DNA from: Scyliorhinus canicula
Lineage: Eukaryota
DNA length: 64,000 nucleotides
Direction: 5' to 3'
NCBI RefSeq assembly: GCF_902713615.1
Contig: NC_052159.1
Span: 96,649,877 to 96,713,876 of the forward strand
The notes under the pieces are model-generated. The model was not told the DNA's origin, did no database searches, and worked only from the letters and a program-made list of their open reading frames with translations. This document shows positions 38,369 to 50,529 of this stretch, piece by piece. The position numbers and the translations under genes are program-made. Positions within the stretch are counted from its first letter, which is position 1; each line of letters begins with the position of its first letter.

Positions 38369-39135
38369 GAACATAAGAAATAGAATCAATAGTTTCAATC
38401 ATGTCCCGTGATTCAATACGATCATGGCTGATCTATGCCGCCTCAACTTCTTTTCTGTGCCATTTCCCCATAACTCTCTATTCTATCAAATATTTATCAA
38501 CCTCCACTTTAAACACTAATGATCCAGTCTCCACCACCTTCCAGAGAATTCCAGAGATTCACCACCTTCTGCGAGAGGAAATTTCTATCACCTCAGTTTT
38601 AAATGACCTGCGCGTTATCTTTTAGCTGTGTCTGCTTGTTTGAGACGTCCCCACTAGTAACAACATCTCACCATCTACCTTGTCAAGCCCACCTATGTTT
38701 GAAGAACGTCGCCCCTCACTCATGAAACTCCAAGGAATACAGAGCCAGACTATTTAGCCACTCTTGATTGGACAACCCTCTCATCCCAGGAATTAGCCTG
38801 GTGTATCTTCTTTGGGGTACCTGGAATATTATAGCGTTTTTAGGTAAGGGGACCAAAATTGTATGCATTATTCCAGGCGAGGCCTCACCAAATCCTGTAC
38901 AATTGTAAAAAAAAATTCCATTCTTTTAAACTCCAACCTCTTTGCAATAAAGGCCAAAATGCCATTTGGCTTCTTAACTACTTGTTAGACCTGCCTGCTG
39001 ACCTTTTGTTATTCATGCACTAGAACACCATATCCCTCTTTTCTTTACTCACTTGCAGTCTCTTTTCATTTAGATAATCTGCCTTTTGATTCCTCCTATC
39101 TCATACTTCCCCACATTAAACTCCATTTACATGTT
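38369..39135 (-). mobile_element. CR1 LINE 3' fragment
   Basis: AGAACATAAGAA tail and a decayed ORF2 C-terminus on the reverse strand. Confidence 0.75.
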
Positions 39136-39252
39136 ATTGCATAATATTCAGCCCCATTCATGACTTCTCAGATACTAAAGCAGTCTATATCTAAACGTAG
39201 CACGACCTGAACAATGTCCAGGCTTGGGCTGACAAGTGGCAAGTAACATTTG

Positions 39253-39702
39253 ACTTCTGGTGGCAGCCGTGAACTGATTAGTCACACACAAGGTGGCTCC
39301 TGCTTGGTGGCTTAGGTTTTGGCCCTTTCTACCTGATTAATGGGCATTTTGGTGGGAATGGGCGTTTTGGTGGGAAACCGGACAAAGAAATTTAAGATTG
39401 TCAGTGGGTTATAATACCAGGCTGAAGTCAAATAAAACCTCTGCTCAAAAGTTGGATGACTCTCGTAGCACAGCGAAAGTAAGTATAGTGAAACTGGCCA
39501 TGTCGTTGTCGTCCTCCCCAGTGCCTATGGAGCAGTTAATGGAGTTTATCTCCGAGAATTTAAGAAACACTGGCAGGAGATGCAGGACGATCTGTCCAGG
39601 GTGATCAAGTTAGCAGTAGCTCCTCTTCGTGGGGCTTTGGCAAGGGTGGTTAAGATAATGCAGTCACAGGGCGCGACGATTCGGGAAGTGGAAAGGGTGG
39701 TA
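39253..39702 (+). mobile_element. L1-clade 5' UTR/ORF1 start fragment
   Basis: CTTCTGGTGGCAGCC 5'-like start; peptide SVGYNTRLKS...LMEFISE...QGATIREVERVV (coiled-coil ORF1-like). Confidence 0.55.
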
Positions 39703-39775
39703 CCTGGGAACACCACCGCTTAGAAGTTCCCCTCTTTAGTAACTTGAGGATGCCAGTTGTAAGAGAACAGATATG

Positions 39776-40146
39776 GTCAGTGATATGGTAGAATTTCTCA
39801 GTCTTGAAAAAAAAACAAGTTTGCATTAAGAGGATTAATACAGGGATTCGCCCGGAGTTGGCAGCCGTTCATCGATTTCTTTAACAAAATCTGAACGTCA
39901 GCACAGCAGAAAGGGGGTTGGGGGGGGGGGAGAATGGGAGGCATGGTAATGTTAAATAAGGATAGGGAACTTAGTGTACAGGTAATTAGGAATAGGGCGG
40001 GAGAAGTGGGGTACATGATCTATTGTTTGTTGTTATTTTAGGGGGTATTTTGTGCGGCGACCAGCGCAGTTGTTTTAGAAATGTCAATATGTTAAATTGT
40101 GAAAATTACAAATGCTTCAATAAAATATTTTCTGAAAAAAATAAAA
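39776..40146 (+). mobile_element. L1-clade 3' end
   Basis: VSDMVEFLSLEK..FALRGLIQGFARSWQPFIDFF* followed by a G-rich UTR, AATAAA and an A-rich tail. Confidence 0.8.
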
Positions 40147-41316
40147 TGCTGGCGTAGCTCGTGACACTCACATGTGCTTATAGCCACTGTGGGCCTCATG
40201 CATCCCCACCTTGAGGCCACTTCCACTGTTCAACATATACCCCTCCCCCAAATCCTCCACCCCGTTATTGGTCTTAAGTGCAACCTTCCCCAACGTGCAA
40301 CCTCAAGAACAGGCCTAGCCCTGCAGCCACTTCTGCCTGAGGCCATTTGTCCCCATTCCCTAGTACAGGCCTAACCCTGTATTCCTTTCTTCTGCCTGAG
40401 GCTACTTGCCTCCCTTCCCCTCTAACATGCCTAGCCCTGCAGCCTATGAAAAGGCCCACCTGTCTTACTGCTGGTCTGGTAGGGTAGAGACCTGCCTCTG
40501 ACAACCCCCTCAAAGTGATGTGGTGCTATCTGCAAAGCCTGGTACTGATTCCTGCAAGTGCTGCATGATGCCACCTAACCTCGAATTGCCAAATGAAGTT
40601 CAGGTTGTCATATGCACATCACTTACATACTGTTGTGGAACACATTCTATTGCACATTGACATGCCCTGGTGGTTCAGTATGGGGTATGAATCCGGCAAG
40701 GAGATGTTATAATGACAGGCAAAAATATTGAAATTATGTTCCTGACTTATGGCAGGAAACGCGGTCTGACATTGAAGGCTGGAGTGCTCGGTAATTAGCT
40801 ATTTTACAATGATTTTTGGCCATCTTGTGATATTTTTTGCTCGCAGTCTTGTTGCCTACTGAGAATGGGAGCAGAAAATCTTGGCCTAGGTCTTGACCGT
40901 TGTAATTGAAGTATTCTCTTACTATTGTACAGTTGTTATTCTTAATTAACAGAGCTACCTTTTCCCAGCTTCCTGTCCATCCGAAATGTCAACTTACTGT
41001 TGAATATTCAGGTGCCAACACTGGTCACCTTACAGCCACGCCTCTGTAATTTCTATCAGGTCATAGGTTTTATTTCTATTGAAGCACACAATTCATCTGT
41101 ATTTATGTATTCCAATCCAAAGCTTTTGCCCTGCCTTTTTACTATTTTTGCAACCTATGGTACACTCTTTGGTTTGTCCGTTCTGTCACAGATATAGGTT
41201 GAGAGGACATAGATTTAGAACTGAGATGAGGAGGAATTACTTCTCGCAGAAGTTGGTGAATTTGTGGAACTTGCTGCTTCATAGTGCAGTGGAGAGTCGT
41301 GACACAGCCCAGTCCA

Positions 41317-41740
41317 TTACACGTACCTGCCGCCCATCCATTGACTCCATGTACATCTCCTGCTGCTTTGGGAAAGCGGGCAGGATAATCAAAGACCCCT
41401 CCCACTCGGCTTACTCACTCTTCCAACTTCTTCCATCGGGCAGGAGATACAAAAGTCTGAGAACACGCACAAACAGACTCAAAAACAGCTTCTTCCCCGC
41501 TGTTACCAGACTCCTAAATGACCCTCTTCTGGACTGACCTCATTAACACTACACCCAGTTAGCTTCACCTGATGCCGGTGTTATCTAGTTACATTGTGTA
41601 CCTTGTGTTGCCCTATTATATATTTTCCTTTATTCCCTTTTCTTTTCATGTACTTAATGATTTGTTGAGCTGCTCGCAGAAAAATACTTCTGTCTGTACC
41701 TCGGTACGCGTGACAATAAACAAATGCAACAATCCAATCG
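41317..41740 (+). mobile_element. Rex1/Babar 3' end
   Basis: IIKDPSHSAYSLFQLLPSGRRYKSLRTRTNRLKNSFFPAVTRLLN; tail CTGTACCTCGGTACGCGTGACAATAAAC. Confidence 0.9.
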
Positions 41741-41770
41741 GCATCATTATCTGGTTTCAAGAAGGAGATA

Positions 41771-42186
41771 GTATCATAGAATTTACAGTGCAGAAGGAGG
41801 CCACTCGGCCCATCAAGTCTGCACCGGCACTTTGAAAGAGCACCCACTTAAGCCCACACGCCCACCCTATCCCAGTAACCCCACCTAACCTTTTTGGACA
41901 CTAAGGGCAATTGAGCATGGCCAATCCACCTAACCTGCACATCTTTGGACTCTGGGAGGAAACTGGAGCACCTGGAGGAAACCCACACAGTCAGAGGGGG
42001 GAGGTGGAGTTCTGGGAGGAAACTGGAGCACCCGGAGGAAACCCACACAGACACCGGGGGGGGGGGGGGGGGGGGGGAAAGAGGATGTGCAGATTCTGCA
42101 CAGGCAGTGACCGAAGTCAGGAAACGAACTTGGGACCCTGGAGCTGTGAAGCAACAATGCTAACCACTGTGCTACCATGCCGCCCA
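41771..42186 (-). mobile_element. HE1 V-SINE with duplicated V-core and poly-G
   Basis: TGGGAGGAAACTGGAGCACC.GGAGGAAACCCACACAG occurs twice (about 41953 and 42013). CR1-type tail. Confidence 0.9.
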
Positions 42187-42476
42187 TATATTTCTGATTT
42201 TAAAAAAAACGGTTAAAGGGAAATGGGGAATAGGTGGGGAGTTGGATTTTGACCAGGAAGAGATCAGCCATGATCTCTTGAATGGCAGAGCAGGCTCGAA
42301 GGGCTGAATTGCCTACTTCTGCTCCTTGTTCCTATGTCCCTTTCTGTCACTTCCTTGTTGCATTATCCTTTTTGTTACTATGCTGTCTGGGGTTGATACG
42401 GACATGGGCATTCAGAGCAGGAGTAGGCCACTTGACCCTTGGAGTCTGCTTTGCCATTCCACAAGATCATGGCTGA

Positions 42477-42820
42477 TAGAACATAGAACAGTACAGCACA
42501 GAACAGGCCCTTCGGCCCTCAATGTTGTGCCGAGCCATGATCACCCTGCTCAAACCCACGTATCCACCCTATACCCGTAACCCAACAACCCCCCCCTTAA
42601 CCTTACTTTTATTAGGACACTACGGGCAATTTAGCATGGCCAATCCACCTAACCCGCACATCTTTGGACTGTGGGAGGAAACCGGAGCACCCGGAGGAAA
42701 CCCACGCACACAGGGGGAGGACGTGCAGACTCCACACAGACAGTGACCCAGCCGGGAATCGAACCTGGGACCCTGGAGCTGTGAAGCATTTATGCTAACC
42801 ACCATGCTACCCTGCTGCCC
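42477..42820 (-). mobile_element. HE1 V-SINE, CR1-type tail variant (TTCTATG)
   Basis: Complete head, V-core, and tail GGGCCGAAGGGCCTGTTCTGTGCTGTACTGTTCTATG. Confidence 0.93.
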
Positions 42821-43029
42821 TAAATGATCTTAATGTAAGCTCACCATCACATTTATGCCTACCCCTAATAATTTTGCACCTCCATGTTCATCACGAGTCT
42901 ATCTAGCTCTGTCTTAAAAATATTCAAAGCCTCTGCTTCCACTACCTTTTGTGGACGAGAGTTCCAGAGACTCACGACCCTCTGAGGGAAAATAATTCTC
43001 CTTATCTCCGTCTTGAATGGGTGACAATT

Positions 43030-43472
43030 TGGACGTGATCTAACTGCGATCACGATCTTGATCCAGCCCACAATAGGAGGGAACAACATTTGCAGATTTT
43101 TCCACACTTAAATATGTCTCCACCAGTGCCATCCAACCCCTGGGATCTAACTGTCTCACTGAGGAGACCCCAGCTGAGCACTGCTCTCCATAAATGGGGA
43201 CCAGGCGTAACGCACTTGGGGGTGGGGGGTTGGTTGGGAGACATAGTCTCTCAGGCAGTAGGCCCCTGGGTGGTCGGCCTCTGGGCAGGATTGGGCCCAG
43301 AGGCTTCCTGCCCTTATGGTGCGGGGGGGGGGGGGCTCAACGACCCCCCCCCCCCCCCCCCCCCCCCCCCCAACAGGTGTGTTGGGGGATCGAGAGATTG
43401 GGGTGCCATTTGAAAATGGTGTCCCGATCTCTTCCTGCACTGACAAGCGGAACTCCACAGTGCAGGAAATGA
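43030..43472 (-). mobile_element. Harbinger-type non-autonomous fragment
   Basis: Similar to 56316-57044 (GAGATCGGGACACCATTTT motif). Contains adjacent poly-G and poly-C runs. Confidence 0.55.
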
Positions 43473-44827
43473 AGGTAAGTATGGCCCACTTACTTAACCT
43501 ATCTGTGTCCCTTTGTAACCTCCTTATGTCCTTTTTACAACTTACTTTACTACCTATCTTTGTTCATCAGCAAATTTGGAAATCATCCTTTCATGTAAGT
43601 CATTTATTTATATTGCAAAAGATTGAGGCCCTTGCACTCATCCCTTTGGCATACCACTCATTGTATCCTGCCAATCAGAAATAGACCTCCTTTTGCCTAC
43701 TCTCTGTTTCCTGTTAGGTAACCAATCTTCTATTCTTGCGATTTATGTTACGTCCTACACAGTGATCTTTTATTTTCTGCAATAACCGTTGATGTGGCAC
43801 CTTATCAGTTGCTTACTGGAAATTTAAGTATAGTACTTCCACCGGTTCCCCTTTATCCATTGTATGTGACTCCTTTGAAGAACCTCATAAACTGGTTGAA
43901 CTTGATTTCCCTTCCATAAAACCATGTTGACTCTGCCCAATTGCCTTGAACCTTTACTAGATTCCTGCTGTAATATCTTTAATAATAGCTTCTAACATTT
44001 TCCCAATGACCGGTTTCAGGCCAACTGGCTTGTAGTTCCCGTCGTTCTGTCTCCTTCTCTTTTTGAATAAAGGAATTTAATTTGCTGTTTCCCAATCTAT
44101 TGGAATCTGCTCCAAATCTAGGGAATGTTCTAAAATTAGAACCAATGCATCAACTATTTCCCTAGCTGCTACTTTTAAGACCCCTGGCTGAAGTCCACCC
44201 AGACCCTGGGATTCATCAGCCTGCAGCCTCAACAATTTGCTGATTACCACCTCCCCGGTGTGTGTAATTTTCCTGAGTTCCTCCCTCCCTTCCATTTGCT
44301 AATTTACAGCAGCATGCTGATCCCTGCTATTTGGATTGCGGATTAATGGTGGGTCCACCACTCATCCCTTACTTTTCCCATCCCGGCTGGATATATCTCA
44401 GCAGAGGAATCGGCCCGGCTTTAAATTATCTGTAACGCAACACCCAAAATCTGGAAAATGCTTGTATCCGGTACACGTCCGGTTCCGAGCTTCCCAGATA
44501 TGGTGTCCAGTACCTGTAAACATTTACTTAATTAAAGTTTAATTAAGTCCTGCTTGTACTTATATTCTTATTATTTTAGTTTCCATGTTCTGATTTCCTG
44601 AATTGAAATTCCCTGGTTTAGATAAGATAATTAAGGCATATCACAAGCAAATTACCTAGCTGTCTTCCTGTGATGTCACACTTTGATTTTTCTTTCTGAA
44701 TACGGGCTGTGTATTTAGCTCTTTATGTCTCATTCTGCTCTCGCCATTTCTGAAATGAAATCCGTGCTCTCTGTGCTCTCCATCACTCTATCTTGCCCCT
44801 TCCCACAAGAGTTGTCGTGGAATAATA

Positions 44828-45521
44828 CTGTGATGATATTTGAACTATCATCTGTGTATATAATATAATAACCACACTGTATATAAACATTAGTGCCTGT
44901 ATGCATAACACAGGTGGCTTGGGCAACAAGAGAATGTTAATGGAACACAGACATGTGCCTGTATGTACAGATTACAATTCTAGCATCCGACCAGAGGTGG
45001 CGTGGCTACAGGAGAATGTTCTCACATCCACATGTGAGCCAGAAGGTGATAGCAAGCGCAGAGTCCAGCCGCACATCGAGTGGCTCCTTAGTCAATACTA
45101 ATTAATACTAGTTAATCATAGTTATTTGTATTTAGCCCCAGTATCCAACTGTAACCATAGTAGAAATCATAGAAACTCTTTAGTGTTTTAATTTGTTAAT
45201 GAATAGTTTTGTTCATTTACAAAGTCGTATGTTTTCTGAACACTTCAACTACAAGGACTTGGGCAGCACGGTGGCTCAGTGGGTTAGCACTGCGGCCCCA
45301 CAGTGCCAAGGTCCCAGGTTCGATCCCGGCTCTGGGTCACTGTCTGTGTGGAGTTTGCACATTCTCCCCGTGTTTGCGTGTGTTTCACCCCCACAACCTA
45401 AAAATGTGCAAGCCAGGTGGATAGGCCTCAATAAACTGTAAAAAAAAATGAATTGGGTATTCTAAATTTATTTGAAAAAACTACAAGGACTTTGCCATCC
45501 GTGCATACAGAGAACATTACA
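44828..45521 (+). mobile_element. Solo LTR-like element interrupted by a SINE
   Basis: Starts TGTGATGATA and ends GAACATTACA. Similar start and CC..CCAG.GGTGGC motif to 63706 onward. Confidence 0.55.
45261..45478 (+). mobile_element. Short HE1-type SINE with A-rich tail and 14-bp TSD
   Basis: TSD AACTACAAGGACTT at 45247-45260 and 45479-45492. Confidence 0.92.
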
Positions 45522-46367
45522 AATACAATGAACAAATTATATCAGGTATAAATTATATTTAAACTTTAAATTGAAGATATGTCCTTACATTCTACCATTC
45601 TTTTCAGTTTCTCAATGATAATATGTGGATAGGCCTTTGCTATTGTGCCCTGAGCCTGGAAGTAGGTACAGGAGCAGCTGCACTCTCTTGCCTTGTCCAT
45701 TAGCTGAAATTGACAGTACATGGGAATGAGGAACCACACCTCTGCCATGATAAATTGATATTCAAATGCATTATGTTGTTGAATTATATTTAAAGCATGT
45801 TATTTTCTTCACTTGCCTCAACTAAAATCTTGTGAATCTATGAGATGAACGAGTACTCGTCTGCTCTCTGGCTGTGCATAGCTGTGCTCATGCATGAACA
45901 TGAACAAAAAGTTTTTCTTTTGTAACTGGTTCTTAGTTTCTCCTCTTGGCTTTACATTTGCATTAATGTAGCAATGTTTTGAAAAAACTTGTTTCTTTGA
46001 AGACTTCTTGCTGAGGATATGATATGCAAGTTTTTAAAAACAAAAATCTTGTGCATATAACAAAGCCACAAAGCTAAGATCAAATCTTTACTTTTGGAGG
46101 AAAGGAGGGGAATTCTAATGACCGAGACAAAGCATTGAGAAATATAATTCAAGTTTCATGTAGATTTATTAAATATTTAATCTATTTCTGGTAATTAAGT
46201 TTCATTATCATTTATGTGACTAATTGAACAGCCGACTAAAGCAAACCCTCAAAGTTCCAGATGTGACAGGGTGGTGGTGAAAGTGAGGATGGAAATGAAG
46301 CAAATAGGTACCATCAGACTAACATGGTCCTTCGGATGGTGTAACTTTTGCCATAACATTTATATAA

Positions 46368-46545
46368 TGGAGAGAGAACATATTTAATGCTTTGAGTCTT
46401 TGTGACACTTCTTCAGAGTCAAATTGACTCAAAACGTTAACTCATATTTTCTCTCTTCACAGATACTGCCAAAGACCTGTTGAATTTGTCCAACATGTTA
46501 TGTTTTCGTTTCAGATTCCAGCATTTGTAGTATTTTGCTTTTATA
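46368..46545. mobile_element. Decayed palindromic PLE-terminus remnant
   Basis: GAGTC-AAATT-GACTC-AAAACGTTAAC hairpin and a reverse-strand CTGAAGAAG core. Partially inverted flanks (GGAGAGAGAA / TTCTCTCTTC). Confidence 0.5.
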
Positions 46546-46908
46546 TTCATATAGTACTTGTTCTGCTTGAAATTGAAATGACTCACATATGCACACGTTT
46601 CCACATTTTTCCCTTGCATATATCTCATCGTGCTATGATTATGCCAAACTAGTAGAAAAATCTTTACTTTTGCGTAAAATGTTTTCTAGATCTGAAATCC
46701 TCTGTCATGTTTGTTCCTTATACTTCTTAATTTCTATTTAAAAAGTCCTGTTTTCTCAAGCCTCACTTCATAACTGTGTGACCTCATCATTTCCTGTTTA
46801 CATTTTACACATAGTTGATCTATGATTTGAGTCAATTCTTCTGTACATTTAAGCTCCTAATTTGCCTCATTGGCCTGTAACTTTCGTTCCTTTTTTTCTT
46901 GTTTACAG

Positions 46909-47260
46909 AGATTCTCCGCCACACATGCATGTCGGGACAATGCGGAAGTCCCAACACACGGACATGGGCGCTGAATAGTTTAAACTATTGGGCTTTTTTT
47001 TCCCACTTGCTTTCCTTCCATGTTTACGCTGAACCACCTGTATTAAAAATCAAGGGACAGCGCTAACCTGGCCAGCTTGTCCCGATATTAAGGTTTTACA
47101 CATTCTGGGTTTGCATTTTCTCCTGGTCCAGAATCATTGAGCAGAGGCAACAAACATTGGGAGCCATTTCTTTTGGTGGAATTATGTTTTATAATATTCG
47201 TGCTTGGTGTTTATAAATATGTTAAAATGCAAATAAAGTGAAAGAAATATATTTTTTTAA
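46909..47260 (+). CDS. Putative 3'-terminal exon of an unidentified host gene (short coding end plus 3' UTR)
   Basis: Strong acceptor CTTTCGTTCCTTTTTTTCTTGTTTACAG|, then ~70 CpG-retaining non-repeat nt. Phase 0 reads RFSATHACRDNAEVPTHGHGR*, phase 2 reads DSPPHMHVGTMRKSQHTDMGAE*. AATAAA at 47232. Frame unknown. Confidence 0.55.
47232..47237 (+). terminator. Candidate polyadenylation signal
   Basis: AATAAA about 320 nt after the acceptor, followed by a T-rich tract. Confidence 0.45.
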
Positions 47261-47439
47261 ACATTGGATTGTCATGAAGCTGTTAATTACATTAAAAAGT
47301 ACTTTACTGTATAAAGTGACTCACAAAGTGAAAGGTTTTTTCAAAATGTTGATTTATCATGAGGATGTTAATTCCATTAAAGAATAATAGATAGAATGGT
47401 TTTGGAGTGTATTTGATCTTTGGCAATCATTTGCTAATG

Positions 47440-47950
47440 AGTATGATTGTCCAGCTAAGAAACTTTGTGTTACTGACCATGGGTTCTGTGGGTCCTTGCT
47501 TGACTGATGAGCCCGACCTTGGGCTACATCTCTGACCGCACACTTGACAGTTGGTTCTGGTAAGTGGGATTGATCCTTGGGATCTACATTGTGGGTATTC
47601 CTTTCTCGGGCTCTTTTACCAGGCCTCCTCTTGCCGTCAGGTATCCTTGGTGATCTGAGAGACCCAAGTCGGTCGTCTCTGATCAAGGGTCTCCCAGGCG
47701 TTGATGTCCATGTTGCAGTTCTTGAGGCAAACCTTCAGGGTGTCTTTGAAGTGCTTCCTTGACCTCTTGTTGTTTGGAATCTTTCATTGAGCTGAGAGAA
47801 GAAGATTTGCTTTGGCAGTCAGGGCTCTGATGTCCGAAGCACATGGCCAGCCCAGAGGAGTTGGTTTTGGATGATCATGGCCTTGATGTTGATGCTCTTG
47901 GCTCCTTCAAGGATGATAATGTTACTACCTATGCCTATTCTCCCAGCTAA
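47440..47950 (-). mobile_element. RTE-clade LINE 3' fragment
   Basis: Reverse peptide IKAMIIQNQLLWAGHVLR...LPKQIFFSQL...HFKDTLKVCLKNCNMDINAWE. Confidence 0.8.
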
Positions 47951-48144
47951 TGCAGATCTAAAGTACATTTGGATTTTGTGTGTATTTTAGTGTTATTTCA
48001 GATTCCCCCGATGTAATTTTCATACTTACAAGCACCAGTGATTACTTCAAATGTTTTAGCAAAGGTTAATTCCTTGGTTAGCGTTTAGAAGCCTTCTGTA
48101 AGCTAATATGGACTATCTCTCAGGCAGGTACTGCACAATCGAGT

Positions 48145-48445
48145 GGGGCGGTATGGTAACAGTGGGTAGCACTGTTGCTTCACAGCTCCAGGGTCGATTC
48201 CCGGCAAGGGTCACTGTCTTGTGGAGTCTGCACGTGCTCCCTGTGCCTGCGTGTGTTTCCTCCGGGTACTCTGGTTTCCTCCCACAAGTTCTGAAAGACG
48301 TGCTGTTCGGTAATTTGGACATTCTGAAGTCTCCCTTCTTGTACCCGAAGAGGCGCCAGAATGTGACGATGAGGGGCTTTTCACAGTAACTTCATTGCAG
48401 TGTTAACGTAAGCCCACTTGTGACAATTAACATTAGTATATTATA
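48145..48445 (+). mobile_element. HE1-type V-SINE with Rex1/Babar-like tail
   Basis: Same structure as 4248-4563. Confidence 0.88.
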
Positions 48446-48918
48446 GATTCAAAATCTGGAGTCAAGCTAAATGTCTGACTGGTGAGGAAGTGAATCAATT
48501 ACCCACCCCTTATGAAAGCAAAGGACATCATACAAAATTATTTCAGAGGAGATGTGTGCCCGGCGACTGTGCTTCAGCAAGGAATCAATGGGATGCCATT
48601 GCGAAATGTTGAACGAAGATCTGAAGACAAACTTGTAACTGCTGCACTGCCTTAACAGTGAAGATTAAACTCCGAGCAGTTGTGTGTTGTGCAGTGCATA
48701 ATTTTTCTATTCAGTGTGGACTGAGCATTCAGCCAGAAGATGACATGCCACCAGAAGTGGAGGAGGACAATATGAAGTCTGATACAGACATCCCTCCTGG
48801 TGCAGATGTGCAAGCCTAGCCTAGGGCAGTGTAGGAGTTAGCAGTTTGGCTTAGTTATAATACAGCAGCAAAGGATGTACATGCACTTTTGTCTGAGGTT
48901 TAAATTTTGGTAGTGGAA

Positions 48919-49129
48919 GGGCAGCTTGTGGCGCAGTGGTTAGCACTGGGACTGCCGCGCTGTGGACCCGGGTTTGAATCCCGGCCCTGGGTCACTGTCC
49001 GTGTGGAGTTTGCAAATTCTCCCCTTGTCTGCGTGGGTTTCACCCCCACAACCCAAATATGTGCAGGTTAGGTGGATTGGCCATGCTAAATTGCCCCTTA
49101 ATTGGAAAAGAAATATAATTGGCAACTGA
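48919..49129 (+). mobile_element. Short HE1-type SINE with A-rich tail
   Basis: Imperfect 17-bp TSD AAATTTTGGTAGTGGAA / AAATTTTGTTTGTGGAA. Confidence 0.88.
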
Positions 49130-49441
49130 AAATTTTGTTTGTGGAAAATGTGTTTTGGATCTATGCAACCCATTACAAGACTTTATTCACTATGACTGTA
49201 CCAACCATAACTGAATTTGTAAGGTATTTTACCAAGCCCATCCATTAAATGTTCATACCGTAATCTACTTGCATTACACACACTTTTGTATGGATTTTTA
49301 TGTTAGCAATCCTCTATTATGTATAAAATTATAAATAGTTTTCAATCTGTCTTAAACGTAAAATACCTACTCTAAACACAACAGTCACAGTAAAATATAT
49401 CGCCTAGCAGGAGACCGTCCAAAAAGCAAGCAGACGTTTTA

Positions 49442-49740
49442 GGACGTGATTCAACTAATTGGGAACAAGGTCACATAGCAAGCTCGTTTTGCTGCGCTCC
49501 CAGTGCTGTATAAGGGTCCTTAGCGGGGAGTGCGCGGCTGAGGCTGCACATAGCCCCGTTTTGTATACTGGGGAGCTCCTCTCACCAGAACTCCCCAGTG
49601 TAGCAAGAGATCAGAACGCCATTTTTGAACCCCCTGAACACCCACGCACACCCATGCAGGGCACCCCTGGCTTGATCGCGCACACGCGAAAAATGATAGC
49701 TTGGCAGTGCCAACGTGGCATCCTGGCATTGCCCCCCCAT
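49442..49740 (+). mobile_element. Harbinger-type element end (one arm)
   Basis: TIR-like GGACGTGATTCAACTA. Homologous to the left part of 56316-57044. Confidence 0.6.
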
Positions 49741-50413
49741 TCACCACAAGATCTGTAACTTCTGTGAAGTTAGCTAAAGGGCTACAGATTGGGTATATGA
49801 ATGTGGGATTAGGAAGGGCACCTGGGTGTCCTCAGGTTGGCATGGACACGATGGGCCAAATTGCCTCCTGTGCTGTAACTTCTATGGTTCTAAGACGTTT
49901 TTACCAATAAAATAAAATACTGTATATGAATATTGAAATATGAAGATTGAATATTCCTTTTGTAATGCATAGTACAGGCATGAAGATGCAGCAAGTCCTG
50001 ACTTAAAGTTATAGTTGCGTTAAATGCAAGAATTTATGTAAATAATTGGTTCCCACAGGAATCAGTATTAAAGTCTGAGTTTGTTTCTTTGGGACATTTC
50101 TTGCCTGGGAAAAAAATGAAAAGTTGAAATACTGTACTGTATAGCACATGTGGAGATATGTGAATTGCTGGCTGGAATAGCTTTGAAAAATAAAATAAAT
50201 CATTGAAAATAGCAGAAATACTATATAACTCCAAATTAGCTAACACTGAATCAGCCAAACAATTCTAAATAGTTCCTGTCTCGCGCATGGCACTGCTGAA
50301 ACTGAGCTCAACATCTTGCCTTCTTTCCTTCCAAATTCGGTCTGCCACCGTACTCCCACATTAATCCACTCACCTTGCCTTGTCCACACTCTATCTCTCT
50401 TCTTTCCCAATCT

Positions 50414-50526
50414 TTGGCCGTGATTTTCCAGGCTCCTGCCATGGGGCCAGTGAGCCATTGAAATCTTCACTCACGTCAGCAGGACCGGAAAGTCCTACCG
50501 GCATGAGAGGCTGGAAAACTCCGGTT
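50414..50526. mobile_element. Mini-MITE, about 110 bp
   Basis: GGCCGTGATTTTCCAG / CTGGAAAACTCCGGTT inverted ends. Confidence 0.6.
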
Positions 50527-50529
50527 TTT

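Larger units (their letters stand above)
41190..42340 (+). mobile_element. CR1 3' end interrupted by a Rex1/Babar piece and an HE1 SINE
   Basis: RGHRFRTEMRRNYFSQKLVNLWN at the start; tail GATCAGCCATGATC...GGCTCGAAGGGCTGAATTGCCTACTTCTGCTCC at the end. Confidence 0.75.
42405..44310 (-). mobile_element. Fragmented CR1 LINE with nested SINE and MITE
   Basis: Reverse peptides FKTEIRRIIFPQRVVSLWNS and KLLRLQADESQGLGGLQPGVLK. Confidence 0.75.

Noticed and set aside
40270-40890. Degenerate ~58-bp repeats and a Harbinger-like end
   Set aside because: Too decayed to define boundaries or family.
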